64,000 nt of DNA from an uncultured Gammaproteobacteria bacterium (GCA_964392925.1 CAYMRP010000004.1:7184-71183); one strand, 5' to 3'; positions 29,874-41,125 are shown, counted from the first letter of the stretch. A program made the numbers and translations. Notes: generated by a model not told the origin, from the letters alone.

Positions 29874-30900
29874 TATTCTTAATAAATATCAAGTCTACAT
29901 TGGATCAAAAATAATTGCTGACTTAAGTAATTTTCTCAGCCTGGATTCATATAGCAAAATCATCGTCATCGCTGATGAAAAAGTTCCGGACACTTTTCTT
30001 AAGCCCTATCCTAAAATTCTTATCAGTTCAGGAGAAATAAATAAAAACATCGATACAGTCCAAATCATTTGGCAGAGACTTTTAGATCTTGGAGCTGATA
30101 GAAAAACACTGGTGATAAATCTTGGAGGGGGAGTCATTGGTGATATGGGTGGCTTTGCAGCTAGCACCTATATGAGGGGTATCGAATTCCTACAAATTCC
30201 AACCACTCTTCTATCAGCTGTCGATGCCAGTGTTGGGGGAAAAGTTGGAATTGATTTTCAGGGAGTTAAGAATTTAATTGGCTCATTCAATCAACCTATT
30301 GGCGTAGTTATTGATGTTGAGACTTTTCAATCTTTGCCAGAAAGAGAATTCATCTCCGGTTTTGGTGAAATTATTAAACACGGCATAATTGCCGAGGAGC
30401 CTTATTTTAAATTGGTCACTTCAAAAAAACCCCAAGATTTCTCAAACTTGGAACTCATTGAAATTATTAAAAGGTCATGTCAAATAAAAGCACAAATAAT
30501 TTCATCTGATGAAAAAGAATTAGGTAGTAGGAAACTTCTAAATTTTGCTCACACAATTGGTCATGCATTAGAGAGCGCTTCATTAACAACCGGCAGTCCT
30601 CTGCTTCACGGAGAAGCGGTTAGTATTGGAATGATTGCCGAAGCAAAACTATCACAAGAATTAGGATTGATAAATGAGAATGTTCTTGAGGAAATCAAAG
30701 AATCCCTAGTCAACGCGGGATTACCGGTTAAAACATCGTTGAAAGATATAGATCTATTAATAAGTCTCATATCAAAAGACAAAAAAAGTGACGGTGGAAA
30801 AATAAATTGGACACTTATTAAAGGAATAGGCGAGGCAGTCATAAATCAAACAGTTGATGAACAAAAAGTCAGAACTGCCCTCGCATTCATCCAAGACTAA
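29860..30900 (+). CDS. aroB: 3-dehydroquinate synthase
   Basis: GGGVIGD, PTTLLSAVDASVGGK, LNFAHTIGHALE, HGEAV, DKK. Confidence 0.98.
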   Translation: MEIVNILNKYQVYIGSKIIADLSNFLSLDSYSKIIVIADEKVPDTFLKPYPKILISSGEINKNIDTVQIIWQRLLDLGADRKTLVINLGGGVIGDMGGFAASTYMRGIEFLQIPTTLLSAVDASVGGKVGIDFQGVKNLIGSFNQPIGVVIDVETFQSLPEREFISGFGEIIKHGIIAEEPYFKLVTSKKPQDFSNLELIEIIKRSCQIKAQIISSDEKELGSRKLLNFAHTIGHALESASLTTGSPLLHGEAVSIGMIAEAKLSQELGLINENVLEEIKESLVNAGLPVKTSLKDIDLLISLISKDKKSDGGKINWTLIKGIGEAVINQTVDEQKVRTALAFIQD

Positions 30901-30905
30901 AAGCT

Positions 30906-32183
30906 ATGTCAAACTACAAAATAATTCCATCATCAAATATCTCCGGAGAAGTATATATTCCCGGTTCAAAAAGTTACACCAATCGCGCTTTGATAATGGG
31001 CTCAATTATCAAAGGTGAAGTTTCTATTAAAAATCCATTATTCTCTGATGACACCAAAGTGATGATCAACTGCCTAAAAGATCTGGGTATAAAAATAACT
31101 CAAGATCCCAAGGAAATTAAACTCCTCGGCAGTATTCTTGATATCGAAGACAAAGAATACAAGCTTAATGCCGGCTTGTCAGGAACATCAATCAGATTTC
31201 TCCTAGCATTATCTTGTATTGTTCCCGGTATAAAAACCATCTCTGGTGATGATTCTTTAAACAGCCGTCCGATTGGCGAACTTGCAGGTGCACTGAAAGA
31301 TCTAGGTGCGGTTATAGAATACACTAAGCAATCGGGCTACCCTCCACTAGTTGTTAAATCTTCAACATTAACGAAAAATGAAACTATTCTTCATGGCGAC
31401 ATCTCCAGTCAATTTTTTTCAGCACTTCTTATGATTGCTCCAGCTATTAATGGGATAGATATTGAAGTCATGGGAAATCAAATCTCAAAGCCATATATTA
31501 ATATGACAATTGATTTAATGAAATACTTTGGAGTCACGGTTAATAATCAAAACTTTAAGAACTATATAGTTGAAGGTGATCAGAAATATGAAAAAAAGGA
31601 CTATACAGTTGAGGGGGACTATTCATCAGCCGGATACTTCCTAGCTATTGCTGCATTAACCAAATCAAAATTAGTGCTTAAAAATCTAAAAGAAGGTTCA
31701 ATTCAGGCCGACAAAAATTTTGTCGAAATAATTAAAAACATGGGGTCAGAAATCAAATATAGCGAACAAGGACTGACCATTAAAGGTTCAGGTGTAAAAC
31801 CTTTAAATGTAGATATGGAAAATTGTCCTGATCAAGTCCAAACTCTAGTAGTTATGTTAGCTTTTGCCAAAGGTAAGTCCACAATAACCGGAGTTAGATC
31901 TTTAAGAATTAAAGAAACTGAAAGAGTTCTCGCTCTTCAGAACGAGTTATCAAAAATGGGTATCAAAACCGAATCCACATTTGATTCACTCACTATCTTC
32001 GGGGGTAATCCAAAACCCTCCCAAATAAATACTTACAATGATCATCGCATGGCAATGTCATTTGCAGTCGCCGGAACATTGCTTGATGGCATGATAATCG
32101 AAAACCCCAAAGTCGTTGATAAAACGTTTCCTGATTTCTGGGATAAACTAAAAGAGATAGGAGTAAATACTAATGCCGTCTGA
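30906..32183 (+). CDS. aroA: EPSP synthase
   Basis: PGSKSYTNR, SGTSIR, SSQF, LRIKETER, DHRMAM. Confidence 0.98.
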   Translation: MSNYKIIPSSNISGEVYIPGSKSYTNRALIMGSIIKGEVSIKNPLFSDDTKVMINCLKDLGIKITQDPKEIKLLGSILDIEDKEYKLNAGLSGTSIRFLLALSCIVPGIKTISGDDSLNSRPIGELAGALKDLGAVIEYTKQSGYPPLVVKSSTLTKNETILHGDISSQFFSALLMIAPAINGIDIEVMGNQISKPYINMTIDLMKYFGVTVNNQNFKNYIVEGDQKYEKKDYTVEGDYSSAGYFLAIAALTKSKLVLKNLKEGSIQADKNFVEIIKNMGSEIKYSEQGLTIKGSGVKPLNVDMENCPDQVQTLVVMLAFAKGKSTITGVRSLRIKETERVLALQNELSKMGIKTESTFDSLTIFGGNPKPSQINTYNDHRMAMSFAVAGTLLDGMIIENPKVVDKTFPDFWDKLKEIGVNTNAV

Positions 32184-32799
32184 AACAAAAGTAAAAAGAA
32201 TATTTTTAGTCGGATTTAGAACCACTGGAAAAACCACAATTGGCAAATTATTAGCCCAAAAATTAAACTGGTCATTCTGGGATTGTGATTTTCTAATCAC
32301 TCAGGAATCAGGTCAAAATATTGAGTCACTTACAAAAAAAGGCACTGACTGGACTGTTTTTAGAAAATTAGAAAACGAAACTCTAGAAGAAGTCTCAAAA
32401 CTAGATAATGCTGTAATTAGTTGTGGTGGGGGAGTCGGGGTGAATGATGTTTTAAGTCAAGATTCTAAAACTACCTTTGGCGAGCTAAACAGAAATATCT
32501 TAAGTAGTGCAACTGATAGCCTGATAATTCTCTTAACATCAGATACCAGTAAAATCCGTCAGCGCCTAAAAAGACAATACAAAAATAATAAACTTATGCC
32601 TTTTCTAATTACTGAAAATGCAAAGAAAATGGAGACTGAAAAAGACAAAAATATTCTAATAGAAAAATTGATTGATGATTCAATCGCCACATATGAAAAA
32701 AGAAAAGATTTGTATGACTTGCTAACAAAGGTTAAAATTAATACCGACTCGCAATCATTAGAAAAAACATCGGAGGAGATTTTAAAATATGTTAGATGA
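32173..32799 (+). CDS. aroK: Shikimate kinase
   Basis: GFRTTGKTT, D.D, FRKLE, GGG. Confidence 0.93.
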   Translation: MPSETKVKRIFLVGFRTTGKTTIGKLLAQKLNWSFWDCDFLITQESGQNIESLTKKGTDWTVFRKLENETLEEVSKLDNAVISCGGGVGVNDVLSQDSKTTFGELNRNILSSATDSLIILLTSDTSKIRQRLKRQYKNNKLMPFLITENAKKMETEKDKNILIEKLIDDSIATYEKRKDLYDLLTKVKINTDSQSLEKTSEEILKYVR

Positions 32800-33613
32800 C
32801 AAATCCAAAATAAAGGTCTGTTTAATAATGGGCTACCCGGTGAAAAATTCAAAATCTCCTGCTATGCATAGTGCCGCATATAAATCTTTAGGAATTGAGG
32901 ATCAGTTTATTTTCCTGCCTTCTGAGGTTAAGCCAGAGAAGTTAGAAGAAGCAGTTAACTCAGCTAGAAAATTAAAAATTCGCGGCTTTAGCGTCACAAT
33001 GCCTCATAAAGAAACCATTATAAAATATATAGACACCCTTGATGATGCAGCCGAAGAGATAGGTGCAGTAAATACTGTTCTAAACGATGAAGATGAATTA
33101 ATAGGATTCAATACCGATTGGTTAGGATTTTTACAAGCTATTAAGAAAAAAACGGAACTTACAGGCAAAAAGACTGCAGTTATTGGAGCCGGTGGTGCTG
33201 CCAGGGCTATTGTTTATGCTCTGGTTAATAATGGCGCAGATGTTAAAATTTTCAATCGCTCTATCAATAAGGCAGAAGATTTAGCCAAGGAATTTGGTAC
33301 CAAATTTGGCGGACTGGAAGATCTCTCTGAGGTCGAAAATTACGACATAATCGTTAACGCCTCCTCAATTGGTATGAATGAAGAAATCAGTCCCGTCAAT
33401 AAAAATCTCTTGAACAAAAATCAAATTGTTTTCGATATTGTCTATACGCCAAAAGAAACCCAGCTACTAAAGGACGCTAGGGATCAAGGTGCAGAAATAA
33501 TATACGGATATGAGATGCTTTTATACCAGGGTGCTGAACAATTCAAAATGTTCACCGGATTTGAAGCCCCACTCAAGGATATGGAGCAGGCACTTCTTAA
33601 GGACTCAGTATGA
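32789..33613 (+). CDS. aroE: Shikimate dehydrogenase
   Basis: SKSPAMH, VTMPHK, GAVNT, NTD, GAGGAARA. Confidence 0.97.
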   Translation: MLDDKSKIKVCLIMGYPVKNSKSPAMHSAAYKSLGIEDQFIFLPSEVKPEKLEEAVNSARKLKIRGFSVTMPHKETIIKYIDTLDDAAEEIGAVNTVLNDEDELIGFNTDWLGFLQAIKKKTELTGKKTAVIGAGGAARAIVYALVNNGADVKIFNRSINKAEDLAKEFGTKFGGLEDLSEVENYDIIVNASSIGMNEEISPVNKNLLNKNQIVFDIVYTPKETQLLKDARDQGAEIIYGYEMLLYQGAEQFKMFTGFEAPLKDMEQALLKDSV

Positions 33614-34284
33614 TTAAATATTGTCTACCGATAATTAAAGAATCAAAAGAAGAAGTTTTAAATTATATTTTAGAAAATCCTGATTACAGTTTTTATGAAA
33701 TTTGGCTATCTCATATTAAAGATCTTGATACTGATTATATTTGGAAGATTTCCGACCTTCATAACGGAAAATTAATCTTTCTATTTCGAAAACAGAACTT
33801 AGAAAAATCAAACTTTGATCAAGAGTTTAAAGAAAAGATAATAAAACTTCTTGAAAACTCAGATAACCTTTTAGATTTCGACGTTCAGGAAAGCTCCTGG
33901 GGTTTAGAATATATTAAAGAGAATAAACTTCAAAATAAAACCATCGCCTCATTCCATAATTACAAAAGTACTCCGGACTCAGCAGACTTATACAAAAAAA
34001 TAACCCTCATGGAATCCTACAGTCCGGATATCTTCAAAGTTTCCACTTTTTGTAAAAATCCTGAAGATGGTTTAAACTTACTAACCCTGCTTCTTAGATT
34101 AAAGAAAGAACACAAGAAATTTATCGTTTTGGGAATGGGGGATGAGGGTGTGATGGTCAGAATATACGGAGCTTTATGGGGAAATGAATTCAATTTTGCG
34201 CCAGTGTCTGAAAATGAAAAATCAGCCCCAGGGCAATTAACAAAACAAAAACTAGAAAGAATATTAGAAGTCATGACACAATAA
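33610..34284 (+). CDS. aroD: Type I 3-dehydroquinate dehydratase
   Basis: SFHNYKSTP, MG..G...R, SAPGQ. Confidence 0.9.
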   Translation: MIKYCLPIIKESKEEVLNYILENPDYSFYEIWLSHIKDLDTDYIWKISDLHNGKLIFLFRKQNLEKSNFDQEFKEKIIKLLENSDNLLDFDVQESSWGLEYIKENKLQNKTIASFHNYKSTPDSADLYKKITLMESYSPDIFKVSTFCKNPEDGLNLLTLLLRLKKEHKKFIVLGMGDEGVMVRIYGALWGNEFNFAPVSENEKSAPGQLTKQKLERILEVMTQ

Positions 34285-34287
34285 ACT

Positions 34288-35370
34288 ATGCCTGGAAATA
34301 CATTTGGACAATTATTTAAAGTAACTACTTTCGGAGAGTCACATGGTGGCTGTGTTGGTTGTGTGATTGATGGCTGTCCTCCGGGGATAGAAATTTCAGA
34401 ATCTGAAATTCAAAAAGAACTAGATAAAAGAAAACCGGGTCAATCAGAGATAACTTCTCCTCGCAAAGAACAGGACGAAATAAAAATTCTATCTGGCTAT
34501 TTTGAAGGAAAAACTACCGGCACACCGATTCTAATGCTCGCCTACAATAAGGATATGCGCCCCGAAGACTACAATCATCTCAAGGATGTTTTTCGACCTT
34601 CCCATGCAGATTTCACTTACCAGCAAAAATACGGACTTCGGGATTTTAGAGGTTCAGGCCGGGCATCCGCCCGCGAAACTTTAGCCAGAGTTGCCGCTGG
34701 GGCAATTGCTAAAAAATATTTACAGGAAAAGCTAGGAATTAAAATCTTATCTTTTGTTACCCAAGTCGGTGATATAAAATCCAATATCGATATTAACTCC
34801 GTTACAGAAGACCAAATAGAATCAAATATTATTAGATGTCCAGATTCCAAAGCAGCCCTTAAAATGATTGACTTAGTAGAAAAGATGCGAGATTCAGGTG
34901 ATTCAATTGGCGGTGTTATCACCGGTGTTATTAAAAATGTTCCCGCAGGACTAGGGGAGCCGGTTTTTGATAAGTTAAGTGCCGAACTGGGAAAAGCTAT
35001 GCTGTCAATCAACGCCGTTAAGGGATTTGAAATTGGCTCAGGATTTGCAGGTGTTGAAAAACCCGGTAGTCAGCACAATGACGAGTTTATAATTTCGGAT
35101 GGCAAAGTAAAAACTAAAACAAACAATGCGGGTGGTGTATTAGGCGGCATCTCAACAGGTGACACAATTTATTTTAGAGTCGCTTTTAAAAGTGTTTCAA
35201 CTATCAGCAAAAAACAAAACACAGTCAATAAAAACCTGGAAGAGGTTGAACTGGAAGCTTCAGGCCGCCACGACCCATGTGTTCTCCCGCGAGCCGTCCC
35301 GATAGTTGATGCCATGTCAGCCCTAACAATAATGGATCACTACCTCCGCCACAAAGCCCAGAATTCTTGA
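34288..35370 (+). CDS. aroC: Chorismate synthase
   Basis: TFGESHG, RPSHAD, RASARET, GRHDPCV. Confidence 0.99.
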   Translation: MPGNTFGQLFKVTTFGESHGGCVGCVIDGCPPGIEISESEIQKELDKRKPGQSEITSPRKEQDEIKILSGYFEGKTTGTPILMLAYNKDMRPEDYNHLKDVFRPSHADFTYQQKYGLRDFRGSGRASARETLARVAAGAIAKKYLQEKLGIKILSFVTQVGDIKSNIDINSVTEDQIESNIIRCPDSKAALKMIDLVEKMRDSGDSIGGVITGVIKNVPAGLGEPVFDKLSAELGKAMLSINAVKGFEIGSGFAGVEKPGSQHNDEFIISDGKVKTKTNNAGGVLGGISTGDTIYFRVAFKSVSTISKKQNTVNKNLEEVELEASGRHDPCVLPRAVPIVDAMSALTIMDHYLRHKAQNS

Positions 35371-35410
35371 TCTATTTACGTAAAGCTAATAAATCAAATA
35401 AACTGATTAA

Positions 35411-36214
35411 ATGAACCAAAAAGGCTTCTCTGCTCTGATAGTCTTAATATCTGTCATGGTCCTTGTGGGTATTGCAGGGATTTCGTATTACATTGGAAGA
35501 TCTTCCTCGGGTAATACAAAGACTCCGGTTACCCCAAGTCCTGTAGCCTCTCAGCCCGAGGATAGTTTAATACCATCTCCGGCATCTTCTCCGTCAAACA
35601 TATCTTTGCTAGGCAACCCTATAAAGCGTCTCTATTTTCCTGGCGAAAAAATATTTACCAAAATGGATTATCCAATAGAAATGACAGGAATCAATGATGG
35701 GGATCTGCACAATCTTCAATGCAGTCCGGATTATTACAGAGATTACGAAAAACAGCACTATACTTATCAGGAAGATCCAAGAGTCGCAGCGGTGGAAATG
35801 AAAGATCAAAATCTCTATTTACTTGCTGAAAAAGCATTCGAAATAGATCTTGATGCAGATGTCTATCGAGCATGTAAGGTTGATGATGGCAGATATATTC
35901 TGGAGTACGAAAAACAAGGCGGTGGAGGGGGAAGTAATAATAAATCTATATTTGGAGTCTTGGGTACTGATAAGACTTTCCAAAAAATTACTGAAATTCC
36001 TACAGACGGCTCTCCTTATTTTGGTTGCTATAAAACTCTCCAGCTGACCAAATCCAATATACTTTGGTATCAGTGCGGTGGAGGGGATGGAGGGTATGGG
36101 TCGGTGTCTGTATATAAGATTGATCTGAGTAACAAAAATCACACCTTAGTAACTAAGTGCGAAGCAATCTCTGACCCTATGGATTTGGATAAAACAGATA
36201 TGAAGTGTCAGTAA
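35411..36214 (+). CDS. Hypothetical exported protein with pilin-like (class III) N-terminus
   Basis: MNQKGF plus hydrophobic helix, Ser/Pro linker, six Cys. Confidence 0.75.
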   Translation: MNQKGFSALIVLISVMVLVGIAGISYYIGRSSSGNTKTPVTPSPVASQPEDSLIPSPASSPSNISLLGNPIKRLYFPGEKIFTKMDYPIEMTGINDGDLHNLQCSPDYYRDYEKQHYTYQEDPRVAAVEMKDQNLYLLAEKAFEIDLDADVYRACKVDDGRYILEYEKQGGGGGSNNKSIFGVLGTDKTFQKITEIPTDGSPYFGCYKTLQLTKSNILWYQCGGGDGGYGSVSVYKIDLSNKNHTLVTKCEAISDPMDLDKTDMKCQ

Positions 36215-36254
36215 TCTTGTCTGCATTGTAAGCTAGCCTCCATTTTGATATCAT

Positions 36255-37583
36255 TTGCAGACTGTGACTCGAACTTTAATACTCGATTGTAATGACAAAA
36301 TAGGTGAAGAAGTGTCCATCTCCGGATGGGTTCAAGTCAGACGTGATCACGGCAAGATCGGTTTCCTCGATGTCTCCGATCGGACTGGCACTATTCAAGT
36401 TTTTTGTACAAAGGAAAATCTAGGAGAAATCAGACCTCAAGATGTGGTTCAGATAACAGGTAAAGTCGCCTCGCGTCCTGAAAAATTAATTAATGAACAT
36501 CTAGAAACCGGAAAAATCGAACTCCAATCCGAAATTGTTAAAGTTATAAGCAAAGCGGCTGAATTACCTTTTGATTTAGGAATGAAAGAGTTAGATCTTC
36601 AACTCCCAACTCTATTAGATTTCCGTTCTTTAACTCTTAGACATCCTCAGGTTAAAGCTATTTTTGAAATTCAGGCAGCCCTTCTTGAAGGTTTTAGAAA
36701 AGCCTGTATTGAGCTGGATTGCAAAGAAATAGTCGTTCCAGAAATTTCAGCCTCTTCAACAGAAGGCGGCGCTGAAGTTTTCAAAGTAGACTATTACGGT
36801 TTCCCGGCCTTTATGACTCAAAGCCCCCAACTCTACAAGCAAATGTTAGTTCCGGTTTTTGAAAGAGTTTTCACCATAGCTCACGCTTATAGAGCTGAGC
36901 CTTCTGTAACTACCAGACATCTTTCAGTCTCCACCCAAATGGATTTTGAAATAGGCTTTGCCAACTTTAAGGAACTGCTGGATTTTATTGAAGAAATTGC
37001 TTTTAAAATGTTCAAACATGCCGAGGATAAATCGGCTAAATATCTAGAATTATTCAATGTCGAAAAAATTGCTTTTAATAAAGCCGTCCGCTTAACTTTA
37101 AGAGAAGCCCAAGAAATTATATTTAAAGAGTTCGGCCGGGATTCTCGGACCGAAAAGGATTTAGCACCTCAAGACGAAATTGATATTTGCAAATGGGCTC
37201 TAGAGAATCATAAAACTGATTTTGTAATTATTACTCATTTCCCAACAGCCAAACGGGCTTTTTATACAAAGCCAGATCCTGAGAATCCTGAGTACAGTTT
37301 GAGTTACGACATTTTATTTAGAGGACTGGAAATTTTATCAGGTTCTCAAAGAATTAATGACTACGATGAATTAGTCAGCGTTATAAAAGAGCGTAAAATG
37401 GACCCTAAAGATTTTGAAATGTATCTTCAAGCTTTTAAATATGGAATGCCCGAAGAAGGCGGAGGTTCATTTGGTCTCGAAAGACTAACAATGTTGCTTT
37501 TGAAATTAGGAAATGTCCGCGAAGCTTCACTTTTCCCTCGCGATATGGAGCGCGTTGATGTCAGGCTCTCAACTCTAAGATAG
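36255..37583 (+). CDS. aspS: Aspartyl-tRNA synthetase, short non-discriminating/archaeal-like type
   Basis: RDHGKIGFLD, EGGAEVF, QSPQLYKQ, EILSGSQR, GLERL; about 440 aa with no GAD insert; start codon uncertain. Confidence 0.92.
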   Translation: MQTVTRTLILDCNDKIGEEVSISGWVQVRRDHGKIGFLDVSDRTGTIQVFCTKENLGEIRPQDVVQITGKVASRPEKLINEHLETGKIELQSEIVKVISKAAELPFDLGMKELDLQLPTLLDFRSLTLRHPQVKAIFEIQAALLEGFRKACIELDCKEIVVPEISASSTEGGAEVFKVDYYGFPAFMTQSPQLYKQMLVPVFERVFTIAHAYRAEPSVTTRHLSVSTQMDFEIGFANFKELLDFIEEIAFKMFKHAEDKSAKYLELFNVEKIAFNKAVRLTLREAQEIIFKEFGRDSRTEKDLAPQDEIDICKWALENHKTDFVIITHFPTAKRAFYTKPDPENPEYSLSYDILFRGLEILSGSQRINDYDELVSVIKERKMDPKDFEMYLQAFKYGMPEEGGGSFGLERLTMLLLKLGNVREASLFPRDMERVDVRLSTLR

Positions 37584-37601
37584 CAATTTAAAAATTCTAC
37601 T

Positions 37602-38588
37602 ATGAAAAAAACTCTGCCAAAATTCTCTATCTCTAAAGCATCAGAAAAAAAACTAAGACTTGCCGCACTTGCTCTGATTTTAATTATGGCTTCGATTATT
37701 TTTCTGATGACCGGCCCCCAAGCTCTTGATCTAGTAGAGAGTAAAGTTGTTTCAGGTAATCTACCCGAAGAATCGATAAAATCCGAGGGCCTAGTTCTTT
37801 CTGAAGCCAAAGAACCGCCAAAAGTTGAGGTTATTTCTGCACATATTCCAGAACCAGTTATGAGTGCTGTGGCTGTTATTGCTTATGATGTTGCAGAAGA
37901 TAAAATTCTTTTTGAAAAAAATATTCATACTAAACTTGCTCCTGCTTCAACCACTAAAATTATGACTGCTATTATCGCTTCTGAATATTTTAACAGCGGT
38001 GATTTACTAACTGTTCCTGCAGAAGCCATAGTTGGGGGTTCAACAATGGGTCTGAACGCTTTTGAGAAACTAACCTTCAGAAGTCTGCTTTACGGTATGA
38101 TGCTCAATTCAGGTAATGATGCCGCTTTCACAATTGCTTATAATTATCCTGGAGGCAGAGATGCTTTTATTGCCAAGATGAATTCAAGAGCAGCAGAGAT
38201 AGGAGCTCTCAATACTCATTTTGATAATCCTGCCGGTTTTGACAGCCCCTATCATTATTCCTCAGCCTATGATCTTTTACTAATTGGCAGGGAATCAATC
38301 AAAAATGCCCGTCTTGGCAAAGTCTTCTCAACCAAAGAAACATCAGTTACCTCTCTTGATAAAACCCAAAATCATCCTTTAAAAAATCTTAATAAATTAC
38401 TAGATGAAGAAGGTGTAGTTGGAATTAAAACTGGCACTACTGAAATGGCCGGAGAAAGTTTTGTCGGATTAATTGAAAAAAATAACCGGACTGTTTTAAC
38501 AGTTATGTTAAATAGTCAGGATAGATTTGGCGAAACGAAAACATTACTTGATTGGATATTTGCCAACTATACTTGGCAGGTCAATTAG
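37602..38588 (+). CDS. D-alanyl-D-alanine carboxypeptidase (peptidase S11)
   Basis: PASTTKIMT (SxxK), SGN, KTG. Confidence 0.95.
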   Translation: MKKTLPKFSISKASEKKLRLAALALILIMASIIFLMTGPQALDLVESKVVSGNLPEESIKSEGLVLSEAKEPPKVEVISAHIPEPVMSAVAVIAYDVAEDKILFEKNIHTKLAPASTTKIMTAIIASEYFNSGDLLTVPAEAIVGGSTMGLNAFEKLTFRSLLYGMMLNSGNDAAFTIAYNYPGGRDAFIAKMNSRAAEIGALNTHFDNPAGFDSPYHYSSAYDLLLIGRESIKNARLGKVFSTKETSVTSLDKTQNHPLKNLNKLLDEEGVVGIKTGTTEMAGESFVGLIEKNNRTVLTVMLNSQDRFGETKTLLDWIFANYTWQVN

Positions 38589-39615
38589 TTTTTTCTACAT
38601 ACTCACTTTTTATCGCCGGCACATATCCTGCAAATCCAGTTCCTTCAAATACATATACCGGCTGCAAATAATTAGAAAACTGTTCTGATAAAAAGTAGGC
38701 CAGATAAACTTCACTAAGTGAAACATTACTATTTCTTGGTTCAACAGCAATATACCCTCCACCTGATTTAAGCTCTTCAAAAGCCTCAGCAGCAGTTTTT
38801 ATTGGATAAGTCCCAAAATTCTCAAGATCAATCGGCCAGAAAATATAATCAAGCGAAAGATATTTCCTGTCACTGCTTCTGTTTGCATTCCCTGTCGCTT
38901 TAATTAGCGACTCATTAAATTTAGGAGTCACAATTGGGTAGTCCTCGATCCTTTCCTGTCCTAAGTTCACAGTCACCAGCGTACTGTTCTTTTTTACTGC
39001 GTTATTATAACTAACAACAGTCTCACCTCCACTTAGCTGTTCCTTAAGAAGTCCCTTAGAAGATAAAAAGCTCTTAAATGTCTGTCCTTGCCTTGCCTCA
39101 TCAATAAAATCTTCGACTCTTTCAAAATTCTCTCCACTACCAGTAGCAACATTCCTTCTAAATTTAAAATTACCGGTATCCAAATCCACAATCAACTCGC
39201 CTCCATTAAGATCATCAATAAATTTATATTGAGTTGCCGAAATTGCTTGAGGAGTCTTATTAAAGCTAAGGGACCCGGCCAGTGCTTTAGCTCTATCAAG
39301 CGCCAGTAAGTCTGTTGCCAGTTGAGCTACAGAATAAACCTTAAATAGTCTTGGAGTATCCTCAGGCAGTCCTCCAGTCTCAGTATCAAGTGAATAAGAG
39401 AAATTAGAAGAGGCTATATTCGATTCAGGAAACGCCACCTGCGGTAAAGGCCCAAATGCAATCGTCGGCTGCTCAATCACCGGAGGAATCCCAGGTAGAT
39501 AGACATAGTTATAGTACAAATGCCAGGCTCCCCAGCCTAAAAATATCACAAATAAAGTCAGTATCGAGACTATAATCCCTTTTTTCGTTAATGCAGATGC
39601 TTCTGTCAGGGTCAT
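38581..39615 (-). CDS. Hypothetical membrane-anchored protein
   Basis: 344-aa ORF with one N-terminal TM and C-terminal YLQPVYVFEG. Confidence 0.75.
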   Translation of the reverse strand: MTLTEASALTKKGIIVSILTLFVIFLGWGAWHLYYNYVYLPGIPPVIEQPTIAFGPLPQVAFPESNIASSNFSYSLDTETGGLPEDTPRLFKVYSVAQLATDLLALDRAKALAGSLSFNKTPQAISATQYKFIDDLNGGELIVDLDTGNFKFRRNVATGSGENFERVEDFIDEARQGQTFKSFLSSKGLLKEQLSGGETVVSYNNAVKKNSTLVTVNLGQERIEDYPIVTPKFNESLIKATGNANRSSDRKYLSLDYIFWPIDLENFGTYPIKTAAEAFEELKSGGGYIAVEPRNSNVSLSEVYLAYFLSEQFSNYLQPVYVFEGTGFAGYVPAIKSEYVEKTN

Positions 39616-39674
39616 ATAATGATTATACTTTATGGCAAAAGATCTTGGTATAATTCACCCAAGGTAATCTCGAA

Positions 39675-41123
39675 ATGACTGAAATAAGAACCAGAATAGC
39701 ACCTTCCCCAACAGGAGAAGACCTACATATCGGCAATCTCTATACCGCTCTCATAAATTGGGCTTTTGCCCGCAAGAGTGATGGCAAATTTATTGTCCGT
39801 ATCGAAGACACAGACAGGGAAAGGTTTGTTGAGGGCGCTGAAGCAACAATTTTGAGCTCAATTAAAGCTTTCAATCTAATTCCAGACGAAAGCCCTGAAG
39901 TCGGTGGTCCTTTTGCTCCCTACAGGCAATCTGAGCGTCTTGAGCTTTACAGTAAATATGCTAATGAACTTCTCGAAAAAGACTTAGCCTATAAATGCTC
40001 CTGCTCGAAAGAGAAATTAGAGCAAATCAGAAACGAACAAACTTCAACCAGAATAAAAAAAATGCATCGCGAATATTGTGATCAAAATGCCGTTGTAGAA
40101 AAGTATGTTATCCGTTTAAAAGTCCCCCGAAATGAGAACATTACTTTCAAGGATCTTATCCGTGGAGACATAACAATTTCCAGCAATGAGCTTGATGATC
40201 AGGTCCTACTTAAGTCTGATGGCTACCCGACTTATCATCTTGGGGTTGTAGTTGACGATTACTTAATGAAAATCTCCCATGTCATCCGAGCCGAAGAGTG
40301 GATCTCTTCCACCCCAAAACATATTCTTTTATACAAAGCTTTTGGCTGGGAACTTCCCGTGTTCGTCCATCTCCCAATACTAAGAAATTCTGATAAATCA
40401 AAATTATCCAAAAGAAAAAATCCTGTTTGGGTAACCTGGTATTTAAAAGACGGTTATCTTCCTGAAGCCATACTAAATTTCCTGGCACTGATGGGTTGGT
40501 CTCATCCAGAACAAAAAGAGATTTTCTCAATTGATGAATTTATCCAAAAACTAGATCTTAAAGATTTCTCTCCAGCCGGTCCGGCCTTTGATCAGGTAAA
40601 ACTCGACTGGATGAATGGAGAATATATCAGACAAATGACAGATGACGAGTTAACAGACCGCTTAGAAAATTACTTAACCAGCATTGATCACGTAGCGAAG
40701 AATATTCCCGACAAAAGCGTTTTAAAGAAACTGGTTCCTCTAGTCAAAGAGCGTATTAAAAAGCTTTCTGACTTTATTCCTTTAACTGATTTTATTTTTG
40801 GTAAACCAGAATACGATATGTCGGTTTTTAATAAGCTTAAAATAGAAGACAAAAAAGCTGCTCTGGAAAAAGTTACTGAAAATCTAAACGGCTTATCCTT
40901 TCCTTGGAAGTCTGAAGATTTTGAGAATGCTTTTAAGAACCTGGCAAAAGAATTATCACTATCAAATCTCGACATGTTCCAACTAATAAGAGCCGCAGTC
41001 GCAGGACAACTCGTCACACCTCCATTATTTGAATCAATTCAGATCTTAGGAGAAGAGGAAACCAAAGCCCGAATAATAGAAGCTGGATCATTTATCGAGA
41101 ATCCCGAAGAAGTAGAATATTAA
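39675..41123 (+). CDS. gltX: Glutamyl-tRNA synthetase
   Basis: RIAPSPTG, HIGN, RIEDTD, KLSKR. Confidence 0.98.
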   Translation: MTEIRTRIAPSPTGEDLHIGNLYTALINWAFARKSDGKFIVRIEDTDRERFVEGAEATILSSIKAFNLIPDESPEVGGPFAPYRQSERLELYSKYANELLEKDLAYKCSCSKEKLEQIRNEQTSTRIKKMHREYCDQNAVVEKYVIRLKVPRNENITFKDLIRGDITISSNELDDQVLLKSDGYPTYHLGVVVDDYLMKISHVIRAEEWISSTPKHILLYKAFGWELPVFVHLPILRNSDKSKLSKRKNPVWVTWYLKDGYLPEAILNFLALMGWSHPEQKEIFSIDEFIQKLDLKDFSPAGPAFDQVKLDWMNGEYIRQMTDDELTDRLENYLTSIDHVAKNIPDKSVLKKLVPLVKERIKKLSDFIPLTDFIFGKPEYDMSVFNKLKIEDKKAALEKVTENLNGLSFPWKSEDFENAFKNLAKELSLSNLDMFQLIRAAVAGQLVTPPLFESIQILGEEETKARIIEAGSFIENPEEVEY

Positions 41124-41125
41124 TT

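Noticed and set aside
27094-35012. Antisense ORFs across the aromatic operon
   Set aside because: Shadow ORFs opposite well-supported enzymes
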